Assembly: GCA_038154245.1 (NCBI GenBank)
Contig: JAYOZP010000002.1
Location: 50,928-114,927, forward strand
Direction: 5' to 3'
From: Nitrospinales bacterium
GTDB lineage: Bacteria; Nitrospinota; Nitrospinia; Nitrospinales; JAJDAT01
DNA: 64,000 nt
The stretch's first letter is position 1, and the number at the start of each line of letters is the position of its first letter. Positions 1-8,570 of the stretch are shown in pieces. Position numbers and translations under genes: made by a program. The notes beneath the pieces were generated by a model. That model saw only the letters and a program-made list of their open reading frames with translations. It was not told where the DNA came from and did no database searches.

Positions 1-1261
1 CCAAGTTAGGAATTTGATTTTTGCTTTGCAAATCGGTGAATAATTCCGAACCAGGATATGGCGAAAAATGAGATATTCTTATGTCGTGAGTTCCCGCCCA
101 GGCCAAATCGATCAGCATGCTGTATGTTCTAAGAACGTCTCCCTTGGTTTCTTCCGGCAATCCCACGATCAAATTTGCCGAAGTGGAGATTTTGCTTTTG
201 ACACATGTGCCGACGGACTCGATTAATTTTTCCGGTTTAATTTTCTTTTTAATTTTTTTGAGCATTTTGGGACTTCCAGATTCTGGAGCGTAGATGATAC
301 TTCGGCAACCAGATTTGTAAAGTAACGGCAAAGCTTCTTCGTCTAAGGCTTCCGAACGAGTTCCGGAAGGTAATTGCCAGGTGATGTCCCAATTCTTTTT
401 GATCAAGAGAGTACAGAAATCAACGATCCATTCTTTTCTGACGATGGCGGTGAGGTCGAAAAAGTCGAAATTTTCGATTTGGTATTTTTCGATATAAGCT
501 TCCATTTCCGCGATCACTTCTTCAGGGTTGCGCGCCACCCATCGCGTGGTCCACATAAAAGGACTTGAGCAGAAGGTGCATTGGTAAGGGCATCCACGCG
601 AGGCCATTATCGGCATGGTGCGCCCTAAGTAAACGCCAAAGCTTAAATCGTTTTCAAAATAATTATTGAGAGGAATTTGGCTCCAATCGGGTTTAGGAAA
701 ACTATCAACGTCCACCGTCCGCTCGCTCAGGCCTGTTTGCACAAAGCGGTCATTGTCCAGGAATGCTATTCCGCCAACATCGGATAGACTTTTTCCTTTT
801 TCTATGGCTTGAATTAAATTAACCGCCGTGACTTCTCCTTCGCCGAGGACGATACAATTTAAATCGGGAGCTTCGCGTAGACTAAACTCCGGCAGAGCGG
901 TTCCGTGTTCGCCGCCTAAAACGATAACAGCGTCTTTAAATTTTTCCCGTATTTTTCCAATAAGGATTTTGACCATTGGCCATTCGCAGGAAAACATACT
1001 GCTGATTCCAATGATAGAAGCGTCTACATCAATTCGAGATACAATTTCTTCTACAGTCAAGCCATGACAAACGATCTGAGGATGCGGAGATGAATACATT
1101 CGCATTGGGTTTTCTCCAGGACCGTCGATTAACTGCACGGCATGACCTGCTTCGCGAAGGCTTGACGCTAAATAGGCCAATCCTAATGGAGGACAAATCC
1201 TTTCCGTTAAGGCGGCCTTATCACGCATATATGGAGGGCGTACTAAGCTAATTTTTGCCAT
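1..1261 (-). CDS. B12-binding-domain radical SAM protein (5' part; gene runs off the left edge)
   Basis: Absent from the ORF track because no stop lies in the window. Reverse-strand translation from ATG at 1261-1259 gives MAKISLVRPPYMRDKAALTERICPPLGLAYLASSLREAGH, which resembles the B12-binding-like N-domain of class B radical SAM enzymes. In the same frame, codons 604-569 read ASRGCPYQCTFC, the CxxxCxxC cluster motif. Confidence 0.8.
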   Translation of the reverse strand, partial: MAKISLVRPPYMRDKAALTERICPPLGLAYLASSLREAGHAVQLIDGPGENPMRMYSSPHPQIVCHGLTVEEIVSRIDVDASIIGISSMFSCEWPMVKILIGKIREKFKDAVIVLGGEHGTALPEFSLREAPDLNCIVLGEGEVTAVNLIQAIEKGKSLSDVGGIAFLDNDRFVQTGLSERTVDVDSFPKPDWSQIPLNNYFENDLSFGVYLGRTMPIMASRGCPYQCTFCSSPFMWTTRWVARNPEEVIAEMEAYIEKYQIENFDFFDLTAIVRKEWIVDFCTLLIKKNWDITWQLPSGTRSEALDEEALPLLYKSGCRSIIYAPESGSPKMLKKIKKKIKPEKLIESVGTCVKSKISTSANLIVGLPEETKGDVLRTYSMLIDLAWAGTHDIRISHFSPYPGSELFTDLQSKNQIPNL

Positions 1262-1439
1262 GTAGTTTTTTAACGAGAGCTTTTCTTAAATTTTTCTGGA
1301 GGAGATCGATTTTTACCGATTTTTCAAAAGCGGTTTTGAACCGAACCACATTATACGCGAAACCATTTATAACATGGTAACGCTTGTTTTTTAAAGGTTA
1401 AATCGACTTTTAATAAATCTGAAGAGTTGAGCTGTTGGT

Positions 1440-3632
1440 TTATTTGGAGAAAGAGGATAGTTGTACTTTTTCGATTCGAATTCCTAATTCTCTTTGATCG
1501 TTAGATTCCGAGATTTCGCTAGGAGTGAAGGTTTTATCAAGACGAATGGATAAAAGGTTTCCATTCTGTTTTAACCTAGAGAGGTCTATCGGATAAGCAT
1601 TTTGAAATTTACCCGATTTACCTCCGAACAACCCTAGTTTTTGATCATTGATGAAGATAGCCGCGCTAAGCCCATTTTTGAATATTTTTGGGATTTCACC
1701 TTGAATGATTAATTTTACGGGGTGGTCCGGCTTATTGAATAAGATCGAGCCGTCTTTTTTCATCCAACGAAAAAGTCCGCCCTGGTCCCTTTCCAGACCA
1801 TGCCATCCGTCGAGCAAAAATAAATCGGGTAAACCACGCGTTAATTTATAGGCTTCGTTTTCGAAAATCGTGTCGCCAAAACGGGTATTTAATATATCCT
1901 CGTTTGCGACGTTATTATTAGATAGGGTGGCGTTTATAGAATCTTTTAATGGATCAAAAAAATAATTTGAATTGGGTTGGCCCGTAAAAGGCGAGAGAAT
2001 CCAGAATCCCCAAGGTTCGATTTTACCGGTTAATTTGATTTTTTTATTTCTCAAAAAATAAGAAAGCCATGCTTCGTCAGTCGGTGTACGAGAGTGAACC
2101 AGAATTTTAGAGTCGGAAGGCAAATCGATTTTTTCCAACGCCATGATGTCGGACCCTATTACTGGGTGTCGCATTGGACTAGAACCTTCAATATATGTTT
2201 TTAGATTCCAAAAAAAGCCGGTTAGTAAAATACCAATTATTACTCCTCGGATAGCGGTATTACCGAGCGATCGGATCGCCCAAATCCCTCCGATAACAAC
2301 AGTCAGAATCAGAGGGAATACAGCTACCACAGAATGTTTATAAAAATGGTATCGATAATCTATGACGAAAAAGTAGCTGGCGAGCAGGGCCATAAAGCCT
2401 ATATCCGCTAAAATAAGCGTTTCTTTTTTCTTAATAGAAACATAGAGACCCGCTAACGCTAAGAGAGACCAAAGCCAACCGGTTACGCGAATGGCTTTGC
2501 CTTCCAGAGACCCATGATTTAAAGAGAAATGCGGGCCAAATCCAAATAGTTCTTCAATGTATGCGACTCTTGGAATATTTTGCGTAAAAGTGGAAGTGAT
2601 TTTAGCGTATTCGCCAGCGTATGCGGCAATCCACCATATGGTTATAGGCGTAATGAAGCAGGCGAAACCAAGAATGATAAGAGAATTTTTAATCGCAAGG
2701 TTCCATTGTTTAAAGTTTGCTCGAAACTTTAATACGCCATAAAACCCAGCCGCTCCCAGAAGGTGAACTAGCATAAAGCCATACATGGTTAAAAAACCGG
2801 CGATGATAAAAGAATAAAACGCCAGGTCCATTTTTTTATCCGTCTCCAAGGCGATTTTTAAAAAACCTAATCCTAGGATATAAAACATCATTCCTAAAAT
2901 TTGCGGAAGTTGGCCAATAAGCGGCCAATTAAAATAAGAAACGTTTATCGCCGTGAGAAATGCGACTAGAAGCGCCGATCTTTTATCGAATTCAAAACCG
3001 ACCCGGCAAGAAGCGTATGCCGCAATAGGAAGGAACGCTCCCAAAACGGCGGAGACTGCGAGATATATTTTAAAAGCTGGAACTCCAAAGATTGCGGAAA
3101 ATGCGGACAGCAGAAAAAAATACGGGAACAATTCGTTGTATTCAAAAATTTGACTCAGCATTTGAGTCATTGGTTTTTCGAAATCCGGAGAAACTTTATC
3201 GTGCCACGAATGATCTAGAAAGTAATCCGCAGGGAAAGAAACAAAAGCGCCGTAGCTTTGATAGGAGGAAGTTATGAAACCGGTTTCGGCCAAAACCCGC
3301 ATAGTGGGAAAAGCCGCCAAAATCCATATCAATATAAGCCACGGAGGACAGTCAGAATCTTTAAACGGATTTACTCTGTTGCGAATAATTTGGAAAGCTG
3401 TAAAAGAAGCGCAGATTAAAAACGCCGCCCATCCTCCAATGGAAACTGGCAACCCAGCGAGACTTGCGTAAAGAGGGATAATCGATAAAGGGATGATTGC
3501 CAGCGCCAGAGCTAGAGCTAAACGATATCGAGCGCAAACACCCTGGCACAAAGAAACCGCCAAACCCCATCCAGAAAGATATAAAACGCTTAGGATGGCT
3601 CCATAAAGAGTTAGATGTTTTAAAACGATCAT
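1440..3632 (-). CDS. large polytopic membrane protein with C-terminal soluble domain (GT-C/PMT-like glycosyltransferase suspected, unproven)
   Basis: 730-aa ORF. The N-terminal ~520 aa are almost all hydrophobic helices. The C-terminal ~200 aa are hydrophilic (WHGLERDQGGLFRWM...). Call rests on architecture only; no catalytic motif recognised. Confidence 0.5.
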   Translation of the reverse strand: MIVLKHLTLYGAILSVLYLSGWGLAVSLCQGVCARYRLALALALAIIPLSIIPLYASLAGLPVSIGGWAAFLICASFTAFQIIRNRVNPFKDSDCPPWLILIWILAAFPTMRVLAETGFITSSYQSYGAFVSFPADYFLDHSWHDKVSPDFEKPMTQMLSQIFEYNELFPYFFLLSAFSAIFGVPAFKIYLAVSAVLGAFLPIAAYASCRVGFEFDKRSALLVAFLTAINVSYFNWPLIGQLPQILGMMFYILGLGFLKIALETDKKMDLAFYSFIIAGFLTMYGFMLVHLLGAAGFYGVLKFRANFKQWNLAIKNSLIILGFACFITPITIWWIAAYAGEYAKITSTFTQNIPRVAYIEELFGFGPHFSLNHGSLEGKAIRVTGWLWSLLALAGLYVSIKKKETLILADIGFMALLASYFFVIDYRYHFYKHSVVAVFPLILTVVIGGIWAIRSLGNTAIRGVIIGILLTGFFWNLKTYIEGSSPMRHPVIGSDIMALEKIDLPSDSKILVHSRTPTDEAWLSYFLRNKKIKLTGKIEPWGFWILSPFTGQPNSNYFFDPLKDSINATLSNNNVANEDILNTRFGDTIFENEAYKLTRGLPDLFLLDGWHGLERDQGGLFRWMKKDGSILFNKPDHPVKLIIQGEIPKIFKNGLSAAIFINDQKLGLFGGKSGKFQNAYPIDLSRLKQNGNLLSIRLDKTFTPSEISESNDQRELGIRIEKVQLSSFSK

Positions 3633-3779
3633 TTAGATTTCGAAATTGAAGAAAAATCGCCATAGGTTAGGTGGCTAACGCCATATAATAACACCTTTAT
3701 GAAACAGTCAAACTTGTTGGAGCGAAATATTCTCACTAATTAATATAGAAAACTTTTTACGATAAAGACGGCTCTTTAT

Positions 3780-3844
3780 ATTTGAAACTTTTCCGTAATA
3801 TTTAGCGGCAGTCGCGGCAACTGCACTTATATTGAATCGCCGAA
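3780..3844 (+). repeat. 65-nt direct repeat, copy 1 (decayed duplicate of the 5' end of the MBL-fold gene)
   Basis: 61/65 identical to 4682-4746. The last 41 nt (3804-3844 vs 4706-4746) are identical. In the MBL frame this copy reads ATT TGA where copy 2 reads ATT TTA. Confidence 0.9.
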
Positions 3845-3865
3845 GGTTTGATTTTTTTCAAAATA

Positions 3866-3897
3866 TTGACGTTAAAAGTGTAGTGTATTAAACTACA
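3866..3897 (+). promoter_or_regulatory. putative sigma70-type promoter plus operator palindrome for higBA
   Basis: TTGACG (3866-3871), 17-nt spacer, TAAACT (3889-3894). Inverted repeat TGTAGT (3879-3884) / ACTACA (3892-3897) overlaps the -10. The higB ATG at 3901 is 7 nt past the -10 and has no Shine-Dalgarno. Confidence 0.4.
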
Positions 3898-3900
3898 ATT

Positions 3901-4182
3901 ATGATAAAGAGTTTTAAAGATAAAAGAACTGAAGATATCTACAACAATATCATTGTCAAAAAAGTTGAATTAAAAATTCTAAAAAAAGCTTTACGTCGTT
4001 TGAAATATATTGATGCTGCAAAAAAAATTGAAGACTTGATGGTTCCTCCTTCAAACAAACTAGAAAAAAAGAAGGGTAAGTTGAAAGATTTTTATGCGAT
4101 TTGGGTAAACGATCAATATAGGATTATTTTTAGATGGAAGGATGGGAACACCTACGATGCACAGTTTGTTGATTATCATTAG
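3901..4182 (+). CDS. higB: HigB toxin (RelE/ParE superfamily, plasmid maintenance killer protein)
   Basis: 93 aa. MIKSFKDKRTEDIY... and the C-terminal ...YRIIFRWKDGNTYDAQFVDYH match the HigB family pattern. Toxin-first gene order with a HigA gene 16 nt downstream. Confidence 0.9.
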   Translation: MIKSFKDKRTEDIYNNIIVKKVELKILKKALRRLKYIDAAKKIEDLMVPPSNKLEKKKGKLKDFYAIWVNDQYRIIFRWKDGNTYDAQFVDYH

Positions 4183-4198
4183 GGAGTGAGAAAAAATT

Positions 4199-4498
4199 AT
4201 GAAGACTATACCAAACGAACATCCCGGCGTAATGCTGAAAGAAGATTTTCTAGACGACTTGGATATCAAGCCGGGTACCTTTGCTAGGGCAATAGGAGTT
4301 GATCGCACGGCTATAAAAAATATTATTGATGGTAAGCGCAGTATTACAGCTGAGATGGCTTTACGCTTTGCTCTTTTTTTTGGAACAAGCGCTGAATTTT
4401 GGTTGAATTTGCAAAAAGATTACGATTTAAGAACCGCTAAAGAGGAAAAGTTGTCCGAATTTAAGAAAATTGTACGGCCTTATGCGATAGATGTTTAA
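4199..4498 (+). CDS. higA: HigA antitoxin (XRE-family HTH)
   Basis: 99 aa. HPGVMLKEDFLDDLDIKPGTFARAIGVDRTAIKNIIDGKRSITAEMALRFALFFGTSAEFWLNLQKDYDLR is the canonical HigA HTH_3 signature. Confidence 0.9.
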   Translation: MKTIPNEHPGVMLKEDFLDDLDIKPGTFARAIGVDRTAIKNIIDGKRSITAEMALRFALFFGTSAEFWLNLQKDYDLRTAKEEKLSEFKKIVRPYAIDV

Positions 4499-4681
4499 GA
4501 AAAATACTGGAATATCTATCCGAACTTCGTTACTTCCATTATAGCTAGATTAAATTTCTTTTTAGATAAGAAATGTGATTTAAAAGTGGTTACAATAGCA
4601 ACGGAATTATTCTTTTCTATGTTTCATATCTTTGAAACGTTTTGATTTTTCAACCAATCCATTTCCTAAAGGAATTAACCC

Positions 4682-4746
4682 ATTTTAAACTTCTCCGTAA
4701 TATCCAGCGGCAGTCGCGGCAACTGCACTTATATTGAATCGCCGAA
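4682..4746 (+). repeat. 65-nt direct repeat, copy 2 (functional 5' end of the MBL-fold gene)
   Basis: See copy 1 at 3780-3844. Translates in frame as ILNFSVISSGSRGNCTYIESPN, continuous with the downstream MBL ORF. Confidence 0.9.
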
Positions 4747-5452
4747 CGCAAAAATTATTATCGATGCGGGTATCAGCCAAAAAGAGCTAGCCGCACGTCT
4801 CAAGTTGATTGATAGATGTCCAGAAAACTTAGACGGCATTTTTATGACTCATGAACATTCGGATCATTTAAAGGGTATTGGTCCCTTGGCGCGAAAATTT
4901 GGAATTCCCGTTTATTCCACCGTGGGCGCTCATGAGGCGGCAAAAAAAGTGGTGGGTAACGTCGATGATTGGCGTTATTTTAAACCTTTAGATCGGATTA
5001 CTATTAAAGATTTAGAAATAGAAGCTTACCCTACTCCTCACGACGCCGCCGACCCGGTTGCTTTTGTGGCGCGTTGCAATGGTTTTACTCTTGGACAAGC
5101 AACCGATTTGGGTTGTTTAACTCCTATGGTGTTAGAAAAAATGACTTTAGCCGACGCTTTGCTATTAGAAGCCAATCACGACGTGGAAATGTTAGAAGTG
5201 GGCCCGTATTCCTGGCCTTTAAAGCAAAGGATTAAGGGCGATAGCGGTCATTTATCAAATAAGGCTTGTGCGGAACTGGTTTCTAAAGTTTCTCATGACG
5301 AATTAAGGATTTTGGTTTTGATGCATTTGAGCGAAAAAAATAACCATCCTGAGATAGCCAAAGTAACCGTGAGTCCTTTTATAAAAAACTCTAAAACTCG
5401 ACTGGTGTTAGCGGAACAGCACCGACCTACCGAACTTTTTAGTTTGTGTTAA
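4682..5452 (+). CDS. MBL-fold metallo-hydrolase (YycJ-like); start codon uncertain, candidate ATT at 4682
   Basis: The track ORF (TTG 4805) begins inside the fold. The frame is open back to TAA at 4676-4678 and encodes the conserved N-terminus (F)SVISSGSRGNCTYIES..KIIIDAGIS before THEHSDH (HxHxDH). No ATG/GTG/TTG precedes this region. AAGGA (4669-4673) lies 8 nt before ATT 4682. Confidence 0.7.
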   Translation: MLNFSVISSGSRGNCTYIESPNAKIIIDAGISQKELAARLKLIDRCPENLDGIFMTHEHSDHLKGIGPLARKFGIPVYSTVGAHEAAKKVVGNVDDWRYFKPLDRITIKDLEIEAYPTPHDAADPVAFVARCNGFTLGQATDLGCLTPMVLEKMTLADALLLEANHDVEMLEVGPYSWPLKQRIKGDSGHLSNKACAELVSKVSHDELRILVLMHLSEKNNHPEIAKVTVSPFIKNSKTRLVLAEQHRPTELFSLC

Positions 5453-5666
5453 GAAGTTTAGGAGAGCAGCTGGTTAAAGTGGAATTTCTAAATTAAACTT
5501 CTTAAAGCTTCGCATTTTAATTAAGGAAAATTTAACCTAGATTCTTCGTCGCCATTTCATGGTTCCTCAAGAATGACGTTTAATTTTACTTTTTAGATAC
5601 GCAATATTTTAACTGACAGATGAAATTAAAAGTAAGTTCGTTTTTCGATTGTGGAATTAAAGCTCA

Positions 5667-6992
5667 ATGAATAAAGATTCCAATAAAATTTTAGGTTGTT
5701 GGTACGGCCTGGTGGTTGGCGAAGCCATGGGTTGCCCTGCACGCGGTTGCAAGCCGGGAGCGGTTGCGCAATTGTTTGGGCAAATGGACGATTATAAGGA
5801 CGTTGCTTCTTTGGTTGGAAAAGGGGTGAAGTGGTACCGAATGAAAGGACTTTATGGAGCCATTTCTCAATGCGCTTTGGTTGTTTGCGATCATTTATTA
5901 CAAACTAAAAAGATTGAATTGCCAACATTAACCGACCGATTTGTCGAATTAAGTCATGCGGGTCCGGAGGAATATTTTGGATGTTATCGAAGACCTGAAG
6001 GGCAAATTAGATACGCAATTTCTAATTTTTCCGAACCTCAAGAAAGTTTAGAAGTAAAAATAAAACCGGCCACTGGGGCGTGTTTAGCTCTAGCAGTTCC
6101 TATTGCGATGTTCAACGCGGGAAATTTGAAAGTGATACGTAAACAAATCGCTAAAACTTCCAAATTGTTTACGAATAACGCGCTGGAGATTACCGGAGCG
6201 TTATTGATTGGTTTTTTGACCGATTATTTTGTTGCCGGACGCCGTTCTTTTTCGCCTTCGCTTATAAATTGGAAAAAATTGATTGAAGAATCGATTCAAT
6301 TTTGTCAAGAAATCGAGACCTGGTTGATAGAGGAACGGTTTTTAATTTCTTTGCAAGGAAACTCCTCCAAAGCCCTAATCGATTCTATGCAGTGTTTGTT
6401 GGATAACTTAGAAAAAGACCTCGATAAAATTTTGGAATCATTATGTAAGATAATTTCTGAAACCACTGAAAATCCGGTTTCTCATTCCTCGCAAGGAAGA
6501 ACGGAGATTTTACTTCCTGCGGCTCTGGCTTTTATCGCTAAGTCTGATAATAAATTCCAACCAGGGTTGACCGCAGCTCTTAACAGAGGAGGAGAGGCGG
6601 ACAAATTGGGATCTTTGGTGGGGGCGTTAGCGGGGGCTGTTTATGGGTATTCGTCTATTCCAGATCCCATAAAAAACGGTTTAGTTAATTTTAAAGAAAT
6701 TAAAGCTCGTGGAGAGGCTTTGGGAGCGCGTCGTCAGAACCCAAACCTGAAGAATCTTTTCGAGATGGAATCCAGTTTAACGCAAAAAGAATATGACCAG
6801 AGACAGCGTTATCTCCAAAAAGAGCCCAAGAAAAAATCAAAATCCGCAAAACCTCAAAATCTTATCGACGCCGCAATACAAGATTTGTCCGCTCCAGAAA
6901 AAGAGAGCAAGGGTAAATGGAGAAAATATCAAAAAGATAAAACCCGTAAAAAACGAGATCGAAGACGTAACTTACCTTCCGCTTCTGATTAG
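5667..6992 (+). CDS. divergent ADP-ribosylglycohydrolase (ARH/DraG)-family protein with Lys/Arg-rich C-terminal tail
   Basis: 441 aa. N-terminal ILGCWYGLVVGEAMGCP resembles the ARH GxxxGDAxGxP motif. C-terminal NRGGEADKLGSLVGALAGAVYGYSSIP resembles GGDTDTxAAxxGAxxGAxYG. The last ~70 aa are highly basic (KKKSKSAKP...KTRKKRDRRRN). Confidence 0.5.
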   Translation: MNKDSNKILGCWYGLVVGEAMGCPARGCKPGAVAQLFGQMDDYKDVASLVGKGVKWYRMKGLYGAISQCALVVCDHLLQTKKIELPTLTDRFVELSHAGPEEYFGCYRRPEGQIRYAISNFSEPQESLEVKIKPATGACLALAVPIAMFNAGNLKVIRKQIAKTSKLFTNNALEITGALLIGFLTDYFVAGRRSFSPSLINWKKLIEESIQFCQEIETWLIEERFLISLQGNSSKALIDSMQCLLDNLEKDLDKILESLCKIISETTENPVSHSSQGRTEILLPAALAFIAKSDNKFQPGLTAALNRGGEADKLGSLVGALAGAVYGYSSIPDPIKNGLVNFKEIKARGEALGARRQNPNLKNLFEMESSLTQKEYDQRQRYLQKEPKKKSKSAKPQNLIDAAIQDLSAPEKESKGKWRKYQKDKTRKKRDRRRNLPSASD

Positions 6993-7101
6993 GATAGATT
7001 TTCCCTTTAAATTCGAGAGGTCGGAGGTTATAATCTTTTCTTCCAAAATTTTTTTACTTTTTTTCTGGTTTATTGAATTGTAAGAAAGGAGTTTATTAAT
7101 T

Positions 7102-7377
7102 ATGTCTAACATCCCTTCGAATTTTTCTTCGGATGAGGAAATTCAAAAAGAACTTGCCGAGATGTTTAAAGAAAAAGAGGCTGATGCGCGGATAAAGTTT
7201 TTACAAGAGCAGCGAGAACTTGAAGTTACTGTGGATAAAGACCCTAACTTGATGCATATTTCGGTTACAATCGCTTCGAAAGATGGGAAAGCCTATAAGG
7301 TAACGGCAAATTCTACTTTGATGGCTTTAAGTACGTGTTATGCAAAGCTTTTAGAGAAAAATAAGCAAACGGTCTGA
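7102..7377 (+). CDS. hypothetical protein
   Basis: 91-aa ORF preceded by AAAGGAG (7085-7091). No recognisable motif. Confidence 0.5.
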   Translation: MSNIPSNFSSDEEIQKELAEMFKEKEADARIKFLQEQRELEVTVDKDPNLMHISVTIASKDGKAYKVTANSTLMALSTCYAKLLEKNKQTV

Positions 7378-7390
7378 TTTGCAGATCTTC

Positions 7391-7897
7391 TTATTTATTT
7401 TTATATAAAAAAGCGAAGGAAAAAATTCCAGAGGCTATAAGAAGCGCCAAAATGGTTAGCAAGTTTTTCCAGTTTGAAATCTCGGAACCCATCCGAGCTA
7501 GAATGGCGCATCTGATGAATGAAGTAAAAAAGCTGATCGTCGCAAATTTTTTTAAATCAATTTTTGCGACTCCCGCCGCGTAGGAAATGATGTCTGAAGG
7601 ATTGTAGGGCAGTATGCGAACCCAAAGGATCCAGCTGTCGTACCTTTCAAAACTGGCAAGAATTTTCCGAACTTTGTCCCGATTAAAAAAGTTGGCGAAT
7701 CTTTGATTTATTTTTCCGCCTATCCAATAGACGCTCAGAGAACCCAGAAACAAGCCGCTTCCTGCGGCAAATGCCGTTTTCCAAGGCCCAAAGCTGTGGC
7801 CCGCTCCCATGGTCAACGCTTCGGCGGGGATGGGGGGCACAATGACCTGGACCACCATCGCAAAAAATAAAGCCCAAAGACTCTCGGTTTCTGTCAT
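7391..7897 (-). CDS. VTT-domain (TVP38/TMEM64/DedA-like) membrane protein
   Basis: 168 aa with 4-5 TM helices. VPPIPAEALTMGAG and RILPYNPSDIISYAAG match the SNARE-associated/VTT pattern. Confidence 0.6.
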   Translation of the reverse strand: MTETESLWALFFAMVVQVIVPPIPAEALTMGAGHSFGPWKTAFAAGSGLFLGSLSVYWIGGKINQRFANFFNRDKVRKILASFERYDSWILWVRILPYNPSDIISYAAGVAKIDLKKFATISFFTSFIRCAILARMGSEISNWKNLLTILALLIASGIFSFAFLYKNK

Positions 7898-7921
7898 TCA
7901 ACGACAAATTTTCAAAAAATT

Positions 7922-8263
7922 TTATTTTTCCCTGCATGGGAAAACGTTGAAAAGAGCTTTGGCTACAATCCATTTGGCGGGAAAATGAAGCTCTTCAGGG
8001 TTGGCTCGCATCCACTTAACGATTACCATGACGATTTGTTTATTGGTGGCTTTCTCAAGGCAGTAAAGGCGAGTGTCGAACGAAATATCCAAAACGCCAA
8101 TCACAAAACCCAAACAGAGGCCGTCGCTATAGTCGTCGCCATTTTCGCAAAGTTCCAACAAATCGCTACCGGTAATTTCAACCCCAAATTTTGCCGCTTC
8201 TGCGGATGTATACCCTGTTAACAGAAGAATCGCCAAAAAAATTGCTCCAATGATCTGCTTCAT
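7922..8263 (-). CDS. secreted Rap1a/Tai4-like immunity-family protein (candidate)
   Basis: 113 aa with a signal peptide (MKQIIGAIFLAILLLTGYTSAEA). The pattern LLELC....D...GLCLGFV.GV.D......YC.....T..Q....V.KWM.ANPE.....A...V..AL...FPC recalls Rap1a/Tai-family periplasmic immunity proteins. Confidence 0.45.
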   Translation of the reverse strand: MKQIIGAIFLAILLLTGYTSAEAAKFGVEITGSDLLELCENGDDYSDGLCLGFVIGVLDISFDTRLYCLEKATNKQIVMVIVKWMRANPEELHFPAKWIVAKALFNVFPCREK

Positions 8264-8373
8264 TAGTTTTGTTGTCCCTTAGAAAAGAGTGGCTTTTATA
8301 CTTAATGAATTTTCATTTTCTAAAATGCTGATTTCATCTTAAAAGGGAATGCGGAAAATGGCAATTCCTTATA

Positions 8374-8480
8374 TTAAGAGAGTCTCTAATAATTCTTGTT
8401 TTTACTAGTTTGCTGTCGCCTAATCCCTTATTTTAAGGGCTAGGCTCTGGGCAATTTTGAATATTTAGAGGTTCCCTTAA
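8374..8480 (+). repeat. ~106-nt inverted-repeat element, copy A (diverged centre)
   Basis: The ends TTAAGAGAGTCTCTAA ... TTAGAGGTTCCCTTAA are mutually complementary. They match the ends of the copies at 23962, 29582 and 45545. Intergenic, 90 nt past the stop of the MerR-B12 gene. Confidence 0.75.
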
Positions 8481-8570
8481 TTTAAAAAATTAAAAGGAAT
8501 TTAAAATAGGGAAGTTTAATAAAAAATAAACTTTTTAGAGATAAGGGAATAGGGCTAGAGGGGTTTCTAA

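Noticed and set aside
374-1067. Plus-strand ORFs 374-568 and 828-1067
   Set aside because: They lie antisense inside the well-supported radical SAM gene (CxxxCxxC motif and B12-domain N-terminus on the minus strand). Their composition is low-complexity and shadow-like.
2143-3663. Five plus-strand ORFs (2143-3471) and minus ORF 3361-3663 overlapping the 730-aa membrane protein gene
   Set aside because: Each is 60-100 aa and sits antisense or out of frame within a long coherent TM-rich ORF. None has a motif.
7683-7973. Minus-strand ORF 7683-7973 bridging the VTT-domain gene and the Rap1a-like gene
   Set aside because: It overlaps both better-supported genes out of frame. The VTT protein N-terminus and TM pattern account for 7683-7897.
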